A DNA stretch of 62,955 nucleotides, counting the filler, from Octopus bimaculoides (Eukaryota), in assembly GCF_001194135.2 (NCBI RefSeq). It is 8 parts of 7 records of this genome, joined end to end, with 100 filler letters (N's around TTAATTAATTAA, not from the genome) between each part and the next. Parts side by side here need not be neighbours in the genome. Positions count along the whole stretch, not along the records: positions 1 to 16,095 come from NC_068982.1; positions 16,196 to 30,264 come from NC_068984.1; 6 more parts are not named here. One strand, written 5' to 3'. Numbering within the stretch: position 1 is the stretch's first letter; each line of letters starts with the position of its first letter. Position numbers and translations under genes: made by a program. Shown here one piece after another: positions 12,158 to 23,299 of the stretch. The notes under the pieces are model-generated. The model had not been told where the DNA came from. It worked only from the letters and a program-made list of their open reading frames with translations, and ran no database searches.

Positions 12158-13099
12158 CACGCTTTTGCGAATATTTACATAGCACAAACAAATCTGCTTG
12201 TACAAACTCTTATCTAGCATTCAATACACATCTGTCACCTCAAATGACGGCTTTAAGAAACTACAGGTCCTCGACAAATTTCTTCGTCTGTTTTCTTACA
12301 GATAAATTGGAAATCCTTGCTAATTCTTGTGAACGTCCAGAAAGCTATTTTCAATAGTAGTCTCATTACTGGCTGAAGATATCTATCGTTTACTGTTCAA
12401 TAGACAAATATCTTCGCCCAGTAATGATACTGTTTGGTTTGAAATTGGTTTCTTTTAATTTCCTTTCGTTTTCGAATGATTACGTTGTTGTACTTGTTGT
12501 TGTTGTTGTTGCTGCTGCTGCTACTGCTACTACCGTTGTTGTTTTTGTTGTTGCTGTTGTTTGTCGTTGTTTTTCGAACATTGATCTGTGATATTTTTGA
12601 TTTTCTTCTTCTGTAAATAAAACGCGAAGTTGGCCATTTTCTGGTGAAATATTTCAGGTAAGAACTGTGATAAAATAAATTAAAATACGGAGATGAGAAA
12701 CCAATGAAAATCTCTCTGTAATCGAAAAGAACATACAAAGAACACTGGAACTCTGGACATGACATTAGTAATTGCAATCCAGAACTGTGCTTTCGAATCC
12801 TGCGACTTGAGCAATGGATTTCTTCGAATAAGGAACAGAGTATGAAGCAAACCTAAGGAGAACATATGGAAGAGGATAATGATAAGTAGTTGGGGACTGA
12901 AAGATCAAAAGATCGAATCTCACATCAAAGTATTTATAAAGCATAAAGAAACTATTCATAATTATTTAGTTTCAAGATATTTTTGTATTTTTCTTGAGCC
13001 CTAGGATACTAAAGCCTGTTATCCGGTTTCCATAGCGTATAAGTAACCGAGATCACAACGTCCCCGTGAAAGGAGACGCTGGTCCGTTACAGAGGCCAA

Positions 13100-13200
13100 G
13101 ACCAGGCTTACAAAGAATAAGTCTTGGGGTCGATTTGCTCGACTAAAGGCAGTGCTCCTGCATGGCCACAATCAAATGACTGAAACAAGTAAAAGAGTAA
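13100..13200 (+). mobile_element. SINE family A 3' tail
   Basis: GGCTTACAAAGAATAAGTCTTGGGGTCGATTTGCTCGACTAAAGGCAGTGCTCCTGCATGGCCACAATCAAATGACTGAAACAAGTAAAAGAG. Confidence 0.85.
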
Positions 13201-13745
13201 TCTCACATATTGTGAGTGAATGTAGGATACTGGCCCAAAGGGAATACAAAAGGAGGCATGATAATGTAGCTAAGTTTGTTCACTAGAGATTGTGTGAGAA
13301 GCACTGTCTTGAAAGAGAACAGAAATGGTACAGACATAAACCTGAAGGCGTCACCGAAAATAATGAGTATAAGATCTTCTGGGATTTTACAATCCAATGT
13401 GACTCCCTAATCGATGCTCGGAGACCGGACATTGTTGTGTTAGATAAAAGAAAAAAGGAAACCAAAATCATAGACATTGTCATACATAGGGACGAACGCG
13501 TAATAATAAACAGCTGGAAATGATGGAGAAGTACAGACTACTAAAAGACGAAATTGCATGAATGTGGGCAATGAAGAGATTAACTATAATCTCAGTAGTT
13601 GTAGGGGCACTGGGAATATTAACAGCCAGGTTTGAGAAATATGTTGGCGAAATTGGAATTGACATGAGGGTAAAACATGCTCAGAAACTACTCTATTGGG
13701 GGACAGAGAGGATTTTGAGATTGGAACTTGGATGTTAAATATCGT
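13201..13745 (+). mobile_element. R4/Dong-type non-LTR retrotransposon 3' fragment (zinc knuckle remnant and restriction-like endonuclease)
   Basis: HIVSECRILAQREYKRRHDNVAKFVH*RLCEK...WYRHKPEGVTENNEYKIFWDFTIQCDSLIDARRPDIVVLDKRKKETKIIDI (RHD and PD..D motifs), then VVVGALG...Q...LGTERILR. Confidence 0.88.
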
Positions 13746-13848
13746 GGAAAGGGACTCTGAGACTTTTGCCAACAGGTTGCTGTCGGCTCTTACAAAATTA
13801 AGAGGAGCAAGTAAAATCGAGAGCTCTCAGAAGTAAAATGGAAATAAT

Positions 13849-14048
13849 TTTGGCACAATGCCAGCAATTTCGGAAGAGGGGTAAGTCGATTACATCGACC
13901 CCAGTGTTCAACTGGTAATTATTTTATTGACCCCGAAATGGATGAAATGCAAAGTCGACATCGATGGAATTTGAACTCAGAATGTCAAAATGAACAAAAT
14001 GCTGCTAAGTATTTTGCCTGGTGTAGTGACAATTCTGCCAGCTCGCCA
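13849..14048 (-). mobile_element. SINE family B (tRNA-like head, GTCGATAAAATAAGTACCAG core)
   Basis: Aligns by eye with + copies at 49541 and 59128; B-box GAGTTCAAATTCC. Confidence 0.85.
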
Positions 14049-16063
14049 TAATCATAATAATAATAATAATAATGATAACAATAATAATAATGATAACAAT
14101 AATAATAATGATAATGTTGTTATCATTATTATTTATATGGAATTCAGACAGAAAGTTTTAAATAATGTTTCTCTGTATATGTCTGAATGTTTTTTAAAAA
14201 GCATTATTTCAATGTTTTGAAGATGTATTTTTTCCTTTTATTTTGCCGTCTTTTGTTTTGTTTTGTTGTTTTTGCTTTTGGTTGTTGCTTCTGATTTTGT
14301 TTTTGCAACCTTTTGGCTTTATTTCTCTTTCGTTGATTTTGATGTAGAAAGCAAATACAAGTAGAAAGTATCAGTTTTAAACAACACTTTTAAACATTTG
14401 CAATAAAAAAAAAATTATAAAGGCAAGTGATTTTGAAATGTCAGACGATACCGAATTCTAGTTATGGCCGAAAGCACATTTTAGTTGGAGAAGAAGCAAA
14501 ACACAAAATGATAATAAAATACATTCAGAGAAAAAGAAAAACATTTTCAGACTGGTTTTTATTTTGTTTTATCGAATCAACGAAGTTCAAGAAATACCAA
14601 ATCTAGATAGTGCTTTTCATTCAGTTTCTATCGGTGTAATTTTATTAAACTATATTGTCGTTAATTTTTCTGCCACTAAAATAACGGGGTTTGGCCTTTA
14701 GACCTACCTGTCTGGAAATGCAGTAATATCTTTTCTTCTTTTTTTTTTTTTCTTTTATGTGAAACAAGTAATATTGATACAAACATGTACATTTACAACA
14801 ATGTAGCTGTAGCAGTTACAACAATGTAGCTATATCATAATTATTATTACTAGCAATTCCTGTGGAATTTTCAGGGCCCATTTTGCAATACATTGTCAGC
14901 CATTAACATCTCCCCACTCAGTAATAATATCCTGTCATTTCCTCCATAATCCTTTGGTTCATTTCTATATCTTGCCTCTTTCGTTCAGTCACGTTTTCTC
15001 TTATAACATGTTTTCTCATTCTGGCTTATCCAAAATATTCTTGCCTATCATCATTGCTCATATTTTGCCTCTTTTCTTGATGAACAGTTCTTATTCTTTC
15101 CCTGTGAGATTCAGCCTTGACGTTCGTCATACGACACCTTCTAGTTCCATTTCCTCCGTTAATTTCATTCCTTTTCCCTTGAGTTAATGCTTCTCATCAT
15201 TCCTGATTCTCCTCTACTCATTCCAAATTCTTATTTCTTCTCTTTACCTTTTCCTAATCTTTCCCTGTATCTTCTCTACTTCTCTCGATTCAATTCTCAC
15301 TGTCCGCCGAAAGACATCAAACTCCGTTTCGATCATAAAATAATTAAAGAAGCACTTGATATTATATAGTTGGTAACACTATATTCAAAATATACCGTAA
15401 CACATCTTTTATGAAGAAAGTCAGGAAGACGATAGTTAACATAATGGATTGATGGAAAACTCCGTATCTTCGTGCACACATAAACATACACATATTCACT
15501 CCCATACGAACACTAATGACGTGCACGTGCACACATACACATATCCCCATTCTCTCACACTCACACACGGAGTGCTAATTGTCGTCTGCGTGTATATATG
15601 TATGTGTAGGTATGCGAGTGAATGTAAATATGATAAGTGGGTGTATGTGCCAGTATTGTTCGTTTGAACCTCTCTTACTCTCTCTATCTCTGTCTCTCTT
15701 TATTGTGTGCATACACTTTTACCACTAACTGTTGATTCTTGATAATAACGTCACTGTAAATATCTAAACATAGTCCATTACTCTTTCGGTGGAGGAGGAC
15801 GGCAGATTAATTAAATCTTAAATGGTTACTCAGTGTCATCACGTCAGTGACCTTGCACAACAAAATATTGTTGTAGTTGCTGTTATTGTACTTGTATTAA
15901 CCACTGTAAATCACTTTCTCGAGTTGCATCCTTTTATTCCAAAACAAAATGCTTCATAGGTTTCCAACGGGCTTATCACTGATTCACAACATTTCTGATG
16001 GTAAACTTGAGAATGGAATGTATGTGAACCTAGAGAAGAATGAATTTTTGTTCCATGCACTCA

Positions 16064-16095
<32 letters not shown>

Positions 16096-16195
16096 NNNNN
16101 NNNNNNNNNNNNNNNNNNNNNNNNNNNNNNNNNNNNNNNTTAATTAATTAANNNNNNNNNNNNNNNNNNNNNNNNNNNNNNNNNNNNNNNNNNNN
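16096..16195. other. Synthetic contig-joining spacer (44N-TTAATTAATTAA-44N)
   Basis: Identical 100-bp structure occurs 7 times (cores at 16140, 30309, 35440, 39622, 47745, 55007, 61363). The 12-mer has stop codons in all six frames. Confidence 0.97.
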
Positions 16196-16660
16196 GTGAA
16201 ACCAGTAATGGTTTTCCCCGTGTAGGGAGGCCTGCACGATGGCCGAAGCAGGAAGAGTAAGTCCTGCACAGGAAAAGGAGGAAATGAGTGTGGAGCAGTT
16301 GATGGAAAGAGATTGGCCAACATTGGTGACAAATAGTGGCGAAGCAGAGAGTCCGAAAACGGTAAAAGACAGGAAACAGTCTGGAAGAGTGGTTGATTTT
16401 GCAGCAGTCGCTGGTGACAAGAGGCGAACTGTCAACATCGAGAATGCCGAGAGGCATAAGAATATGATGAAGAGAGAGGGTCATGGTGTTGTGGCAACCC
16501 CTCCTGAAAGTTTCATAGTAAAAACACAAAGGCAAACGTTAATTTTTAAAACATATAATAAAAAAGCGAAAAAATTGAATACGTATCGGAGGCTGAAATC
16601 GAAAAGTGCCTAAAATCATTGTTTAACAAAATTACGTTCATAACCAGAGGCAAGCGTAAT
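16196..16660 (+). mobile_element. Probable L1/Tx1 LINE ORF1 N-terminal fragment (frameshifted)
   Basis: ORF 16239-16613 (..WPTL..DFAAVAG..) continues after a frameshift as KKIEYVSEAEIEKCLKSLFNKITFITRGKR, resembling the RRM-like start of Tx1-type ORF1p. It is cut off by a family C repeat. Confidence 0.5.
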
Positions 16661-17000
16661 CGTTACCAGCGTCGCCTTCTAGCACTTGTGCTGGTGGCAC
16701 GTTAGAAAATCGTTGCCAGTATCGCTGGACTGGCTCCCATGCAGGTGGCATGTAAAAAACACCTTTTTGAGCATGGCCATTGCCAGTACTGTGTGACTGG
16801 CCCTTGTGCTGGTGGCACGTAAAAACACCCACTACACTCTCGGAGTGGTTGGCGTTAGGAAGGGCATCCAGCTGTAGAAACTCTGCCAGATCAGATTGGA
16901 GCCTGGTGCAGCCTTCTGGCTTGCCAGTCCTCAGTCAAATCGTCCAACCCATGCTAGCATGGAAAGCGGATGTTAAACAATGATGATAATGATGATGATA
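16660..17000 (+). mobile_element. SINE-like family C with internal ~60-bp subrepeats and (GAT)n tail
   Basis: GTGGTTGGCGTTAGGAAGGGCATCCAGCTGTAGAAAC...CGTCCAACCCATGCTAGCATGGAAAGCGGA.GTTAAAC(GAT)n; further copies at 21575, 21690, 22352, 29876, 62720. Confidence 0.85.
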
Positions 17001-17294
17001 TAAATAGTTGAATGGGATTAAGTTATAAAAGTGTAAATGTATAAAAGTATAGATGTATAAAGATATATATAGAAATGTTTAGTTTTACAGTCATATCAAA
17101 AGGCATTCTAGAACAGTGTTCTAAAAATTATTTAAGAATGAATATGCCCTTATGAAAAGGCGAATGAAATAAAGTCTTACGAATAGAGAGAATAAAGAAA
17201 AATTGTAGCTTTGAGACCGGATTTTTCAAAAAAACATATGTATATAATCGAAGAGAATAAGTGATCCTGTTTAGATAAACTGTTAGTGGTAAAT

Positions 17295-17384
17295 CCTCTT
17301 ACGGCCATTTCAGGGGCGCAGTAATCCATAGATTTTAAAGGTATTTTCACTAAAAATTGGATACTGCCTCTTTCATCAGAGAGT
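17295..17384 (-). ncRNA. Type I hammerhead ribozyme with long stem II, downstream of PLE ORF
   Basis: Minus strand: CTCT-CTGATGA-A-AGAGGC-AGTATCC..31 nt..GGATTACTGC-GCCCCT-GAAA-TGGCC-GTA-AGAG. Core is intact, stem I is CTCT/AGAG, stem III is a near-palindrome A(C/T)GGCCGT, and the cleavage triplet is GUA. Confidence 0.75.
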
Positions 17385-17599
17385 ATATTATTCAGGATTC
17401 ACATTTTGTACAGTGTTGTACTGGGTAGATGAGATTTAGTTATATAGGGAGATGCACTTCTTAACAGGAAGAGGAAATGTTATAGCAAGAATTCGAAAAT
17501 GTTGTTAATGTTAAGCAGGTTATAATTGATCAATATGAAGTTACAGGATGGCAGGAGTAAATTTAATGGTTAATTTATCAAGATTTATCAAAATATTTT

Positions 17600-19403
17600 A
17601 ATATTGAATGGTATCTATGGTTACAGGAAAACAAAGCATCCGAGAACTTATTTAATGGTGTAGTCATATTAATGAAGAATATTCATGGACTCTCTAACAC
17701 ACAATTTACATACACGCGTAATTGTATTGTATGGGGGTGCTTTTGCTGTTACAGACCAAGATAATGAGTATTGTATATTTTTAAGTTCTTGTATATACGT
17801 AGCTAGCATTGTAGAAAATTTATATTTTATGTTTGTGAAAATGGGCCCTATATTGATATTTAAAATCTACAGTGCTTCCTATATAAATTCTTACCCTCTG
17901 CGTGGCAGAGGTCTCCACCGAACACCTATACACTACATTATTATGTAAACAGGATCCAGCTAGTTAACACAACTCCTTAATTTGACAATTACATGTATGT
18001 CCCCACCCCTGCATCAGCATTAATTTTCCAATTACTAGAGATTAAGTCACCCTTGACCATCAGGGGGTGACCTGGTGTAATATTTACATGAGAGCTAGTA
18101 TCAGTTTTGGGGTTATAAAGTTTGTTATAAGGATTTTTGTAGGTAGATTTCTTAAGCCTGGGTTTAGATCTATTAATGGAAGCTATGATCAAACCTAGAT
18201 TTAAGACAATTTCACAGAGGATTTATTAAAAATAGGATAGTATTTAGGATTTTAGGAAAATTTTCCTTCATTATCTTGAAAAGTAATTTGGGTAAAGATT
18301 TGACCTGTAGAGAGTCACATTTCCTAGATTTTGAATTTTGGTCTGATTAGATTGGTTGGAGATATAAGGTTTATATTTATGTGAATTCCTAAATGCTGCG
18401 ATATTAATTCAGGCCTCATCAATACACTGTTCTTTCATATGTTTAATTGGTTTATCTAAATTGGAGGTCGTATTACTAGATTGTGAGCCATTTCCATTCA
18501 AGATATTTGCAATTTTAGTCTTAAGAATTGTATCAGGGATGTAAAATATTTATTTTTTAAAACCACTTAACTTTAGGGCTTGGTTATAATATGGAGCATA
18601 AGTATTGAATATCTCCTTGTTCACCAATAAATTTGAAATTCTAATCAAGATAGCCATTACCATACCATTGAGGGTTGATCTTGGATTATTAAAAAAAATG
18701 TTTAGGTACTAAAGGGTTTGGTTTGGTTTTCTATATGGAAAGTGAAGATTAGTGTTAAGATTAAGTGTGATGTCTAAAAAATTAGCAATCTTATTATCTA
18801 TTTAAAACGTTATATTTAAATAATAAATTTTAAAGAATTTTATTAAATATTTCTTAGTATGTTCAATCTCCAGACAGGATAAATTTTTAGTTGCCAAAAG
18901 TGCGTCGTCCCTATAGAGATCCCTGGAGATGTTAAGAAAGTGTTGCTTAATTTTCAAGAGAAGAATCAGTCCCACAAGGTCTGTTATTTGGGCTGAATCT
19001 GAAGATCCTATTGTTATATCAAAAAAGGGCAGAGTTAGTATTTCAGGTCCAATTTTTATCATTAAAGCTTATAAGAGTCTTTCTAGCACCCAGGATTATG
19101 ACTATATGAGATGCAGGAATGGTTGTATAGTTTTGGGCAAATGATAATACTTCACTCAGTAATTTAGGTGTTATTGAAGTGTAATAATCTGAAATATCAA
19201 ATTGGATGAAATTAATGTGATGTTTGTACTTGAGGGAATGAAACCATGTAATTACATCACTGGTAGAGGAGGAGCACTCCATTTTCTTTAATTTGGGGTA
19301 ATACTATATCTAAAATTGTTTTACTAATCTTGCCTAAGTCCAATTTTGTAGGACATATTAATCGAATAGATGGTTTAGTTTGAAAGTTGGGCTTATGGTC
19401 CTT
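17600..19403 (-). mobile_element. Penelope-like element: nearly complete decayed RT and C-terminal GIY-YIG ORF
   Basis: KDHKPNFQTKPSIRLICPTKLDLGKISK; FIQFDISDYYTSI; FDITIGSSDSAQITDLVG; LYRDD; NFLDITLNL..HFPYRKPN; CNCQIKELC*LAGSCLHNNVVYRC..IYIGST..FK..Y..H; W....KAPPYN....CKLC..E...CNHR. Confidence 0.95.
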
Positions 19404-21350
19404 CACACCTCCTGATATTTTAATCATCTCAGCGGTGATGGGCTGGGGGCTTTCCCTGTCTTCATATCTATAATTACTTTATCTACCAAGGTACTGTCAA
19501 TTCAGATAGCTGGTCCTTCATTTGGGTCGATATTTGGCAGACTCTCCTCAATTCTGTTCATTCTCCACATGCAGCAGTCTTTCATAATGGCATTTCCAAG
19601 CCTCTTTCTTTGCAGAGTCATTAAACGCAAGTGCACCATCATCCATAAGGACACATTTCTCTCCTATGATATCACAATTTTCCCTCACAAACTCTCTTGC
19701 AATTCAAAACGCTTCGAGTTTTTGGTCCTCATGTCACTGAACATAAGCAAACTTCTTTTCACCTTCTTCCTAGGCTAGATATACCTATCTCCTAGCTTCC
19801 CTTCTGGCTATCTGATACAGTTCTCTGCTGCCCCCACTCTTCCAGGCCTGTTTCTTTGCTCTAATGGTCTTGTCTACAGCATCATTCCACCACCATATCA
19901 CCCTAGGTCTGGATAGCACTTTGCATCAGCTGCAGATTTGGTCTGTGGTACTCAGCAAGCTGTCCCACCGGAATTTCCAGTTGCCCTCTTTGTCATAAGT
20001 TTGTAGTTCTTCCCTCTCATCAAATTTCTCAATTAGAATATCCCTAAATCTCTGACCATATGAAGGGTTCTTAAGCTTCCAAATCCTTCTTTTCCAGATT
20101 GGTTTGCTTTTTGACATCCTTCTGGCCTGGAGGCTAAAATCACCAATGACTAGTCTGTGCTGGGGGGAGGGGTACATTCTTCACCAGGGAGGATATTTGT
20201 ATTTAGGAACAACCATGCATCCTGCTGTCTGGTGAGAATCTAATCGATCTGGCTAGCTGATTGGTAGGTTATCAGATGGCTGGCTGGCTTCTTGAAGTTG
20301 GCGTCACAGAACTCTAGTAACTTCGCATCACAGAACTCCATTAACTTTGTTACCCCTTCATTTCAGGAACCAATTCTATGGCCCCCAAATACACTATGGA
20401 AGATGCCAGGCTGCCCATTGTAATCCCCAGCTATGAAGATGAGATCATTGTCATTTGTCTCTGAGGTAGCATGCAGAAGAATATCATAAAAGTGGTCCTT
20501 TTGTTCATTTGGTAGTGGGGCATAGGCAGAGATAATTGTCACTATACTATTCTGCAAGACTAGCCCGACATTAAGTACTCTATCGTACACCCTCACTACC
20601 TCTATGACCTTATCCACCCATTTCCCTGCAAGAAGTATGCCCACACTACCTACTCTGTTGCCGTTACCTTCCTAGAAGATTTTATACCTATGTGCCTTGC
20701 CTATGAGGAACCTGGCTGAAGCTCCTCTTGAATGCAACATACACCAAAACACCACCATTCAAGCATCTCAACGATCTCACTAGACCTACCTTTCAATGTG
20801 CCTACATTGGCAGTGCCAACTCTGAAAATTAGGAAAGAGACTTGGGAGGGAACATGGGAAGGAGAGATGGTATTCAGCATCTGAAAAGAAGGTTTCAATG
20901 ATCATTTGATAATAGACATCAGTTGTTCTCACTTTAACCTACCATCATTTGAAAATGTTACAATTGTTGCCCCTATTGGGGGTGAGTGTAATATAAGCAT
21001 TGTAAATATAAGCATTATTGCTGTAAGCATAAATAGGTCAATATTTAAATTAAGAAGATGAGCTGCTATTGGCTAATCCATTATATTTAGAAAAACAGAG
21101 GTAAGTGGTTTGTTAATTTACTAAGTAACACATCTCCTTTTAGCACATGCAGTAGTGTGGATGATTGCTGGTGGTGGTTTTGGGGTTATGCAAGTCTTCT
21201 GGTACAGAAGTGAGGCAGAGACCTGTAGGGGTTTCCAGTATAAGAGAAGAGATTTCCAGTATAGGTGGTGGGGGCAGGAATGGGTGGTTGCATCGTGGAC
21301 AAGCATTGACCAGCTTCACCTAAGGAAATAGCAATAAGGAGACATTAGCG
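19404..21350 (-). mobile_element. RTE-clade LINE, 5' part (AP endonuclease and linker, truncated at start of RT)
   Basis: RVGTANVGTLKGRSSEIVEML..CCIQE (20701-20898), ISAYAP..KDHFYD..IAGDYNG (20363-20644), QHRLV (19926-20177), then GKAP.PS.ITAEMIKISGGV. Confidence 0.92.
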
Positions 21351-21574
21351 AGAGAGAGAGAAAGGAAGAGAGACTTGAAAGATTTTATCACTGGGAGAAA
21401 CATGGCAAGTATGAGTAAGACAAGTTATAAAACAAGGCAAAAATGTTTACGAATTTTAGAGAGAGAGGCAGAAATCGCTGAGGAAGTCATGGCAAAGTAT
21501 GGAAACACATGGCTTATGAAACAGGGAGAGAATATTGCAAAGGTTTGAAGAATTACAAGTTTTGAAAGTTATTC

Positions 21575-21860
21575 ATCATCATCATCATTGTTTAACGTCT
21601 GCCTTCCATGCTAGCATGGGTTGGCGAACCAGATGGCTATACCAGTTATTCTAAGAATTAAAGAATTACAAATTTTGGATATATATATATCATCATCATC
21701 ATCATCATCGTTTAACGTCCGCTTTCCATGCTAGCATGGGTTGGACGATTTGACTGAGGACTGGTGTAACTAGATCGCTACACCAGGTTCCAATCTGATT
21801 TGGCAGAGTTTCTACAGCTGGATGCCCTTCCTAATGCTAACCACTCCGAGAGTGTAGTAT
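21575..21860 (-). mobile_element. Family C, two tandem 3' fragments
   Basis: (CAT)n-GTTTAACGTC.GC.TTCCATGCTAGCATGGGTTGG at about 21575 and 21690; the second extends to CCACTCCGAGAGTGTAGT. Confidence 0.85.
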
Positions 21861-22351
21861 ATATATANNNNNNNNNNNNNNNNNNNNNNNNNNNNNNNNN
21901 NNNNNNNNNNNNNNNNNNNNNNNNNNNNNNNNNNNNNNNNNNNNNNNNNNNNNNNNNNNNNNNNNNNNNNNNNNNNNNNNNNNNNNNNNNNNNNNNNNNN
22001 NNNNNNNNNNNNNNNNNNNNNNNNNNNNNNNNNNNNNNNNNNNNNNNNNNNNNNNNNNNNNNNNNNNNNNNNNNNNNNNNNNNNNNNNNNNNNNNNNNNN
22101 NNNNNNNNNNNNNNNNNNNNNNNNNNNNNNNNNNNNNNNNNNNNNNNNNNNNNNNNNNNNNNNNNNNNNNNNNNNNNNNNNNNNNNNNNNNNNNNNNNNN
22201 NNNNNNNNNNNNNNNNNNNNNNNNNNNNNNNNNNNNNNNNNNNNNNNNNNNNNNNNNNNNNNNNNNNNNNNNNNNNNNNNNNNNNNNNNNNNNNNNNNNN
22301 NNNNNNNNNNNNNNNNNNNNNNNNNNNNNNNNNNNNNNNNNNNNNNNNNNN

Positions 22352-22575
22352 CATTTCGAGCGTGGCCGTTTTCGTGCGGGTGACATGTAAAAGCACCCAC
22401 TACACTCTCTGAGTGGTTGGCGTTAGGAAGGGCATCCAGCTGTAGAAACTCTGCCAAATCAGACTGGAGCCTGGTGTTGCCATCCGGTTTCACCAGTCCT
22501 CAGTCAAATCGTCCAACCCATGCTAGCATGGAAAGCGGACGTTAAACGATGATGATGATGATGGTGATGATGCTT
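22352..22575 (+). mobile_element. Family C copy
   Basis: Same sequence as 21690-21860 in the opposite orientation, with (GAT)n tail. Confidence 0.88.
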
Positions 22576-22755
22576 GTACTTGTATATTTGTAGATATATG
22601 TCAGTATCAGCATGTGCTGATGTGTATATGTCTATATATGTGTGTATACAGATGATTTCACTGATATAAGGTGTATGTATATATTTATACATACATATCT
22701 ATATGTGATCTTATGTATGTGCATGTGTATGTACTGATGTACATTTATAAGCCTA

Positions 22756-22805
<50 letters not shown>

Positions 22806-23211
22806 NNNNNNNNNNNNNNNNNNNNNNNNNNNNNNNNNNNNNNNNNNNNNNNNNNNNNNNNNNNNNNNNNNNNNNNNNNNNNNNNNNNNNNNNNNNNNNN
22901 NNNNNNNNNNNNNNNNNNNNNNNNNNNNNNNNNNNNNNNNTGATCCTTTATATTGAACACTCAATATTTCATCTACATTCAATACTTTCTTTCATGGTGC
23001 CATCCATTTTTATTTTATTTTATTTTATATTGTATATTGTATATCATATTATATATTGTATATTCCATATTCTATACCCCACATTAGTTCTGCAGGAATA
23101 TAAATAAAACATAAAAAACAGACAGTGTTGGAACTCTTTTAAGCAAAATAATATATTCCTCTATACACAATCATACAAAAAAAACCCACCTTTTTTGTAT
23201 TTATTTTTACT

Positions 23212-23262
<51 letters not shown>

Positions 23263-23299
23263 TTATTTTTCTACTGCCTTATCTTCATTATTTTACACT

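Noticed and set aside
12600-12990. Possible LINE coding remnant (ORFs 12397-12959)
   Set aside because: No diagnostic motif recognised in any frame, so it cannot be classified.
16140-16151. Recurring TTAATTAATTAA as a biological motif or CRISPR-like repeat
   Set aside because: Always centred in exactly 44+44 N, so it is an artificial linker. No CRISPR array or cas gene is present.
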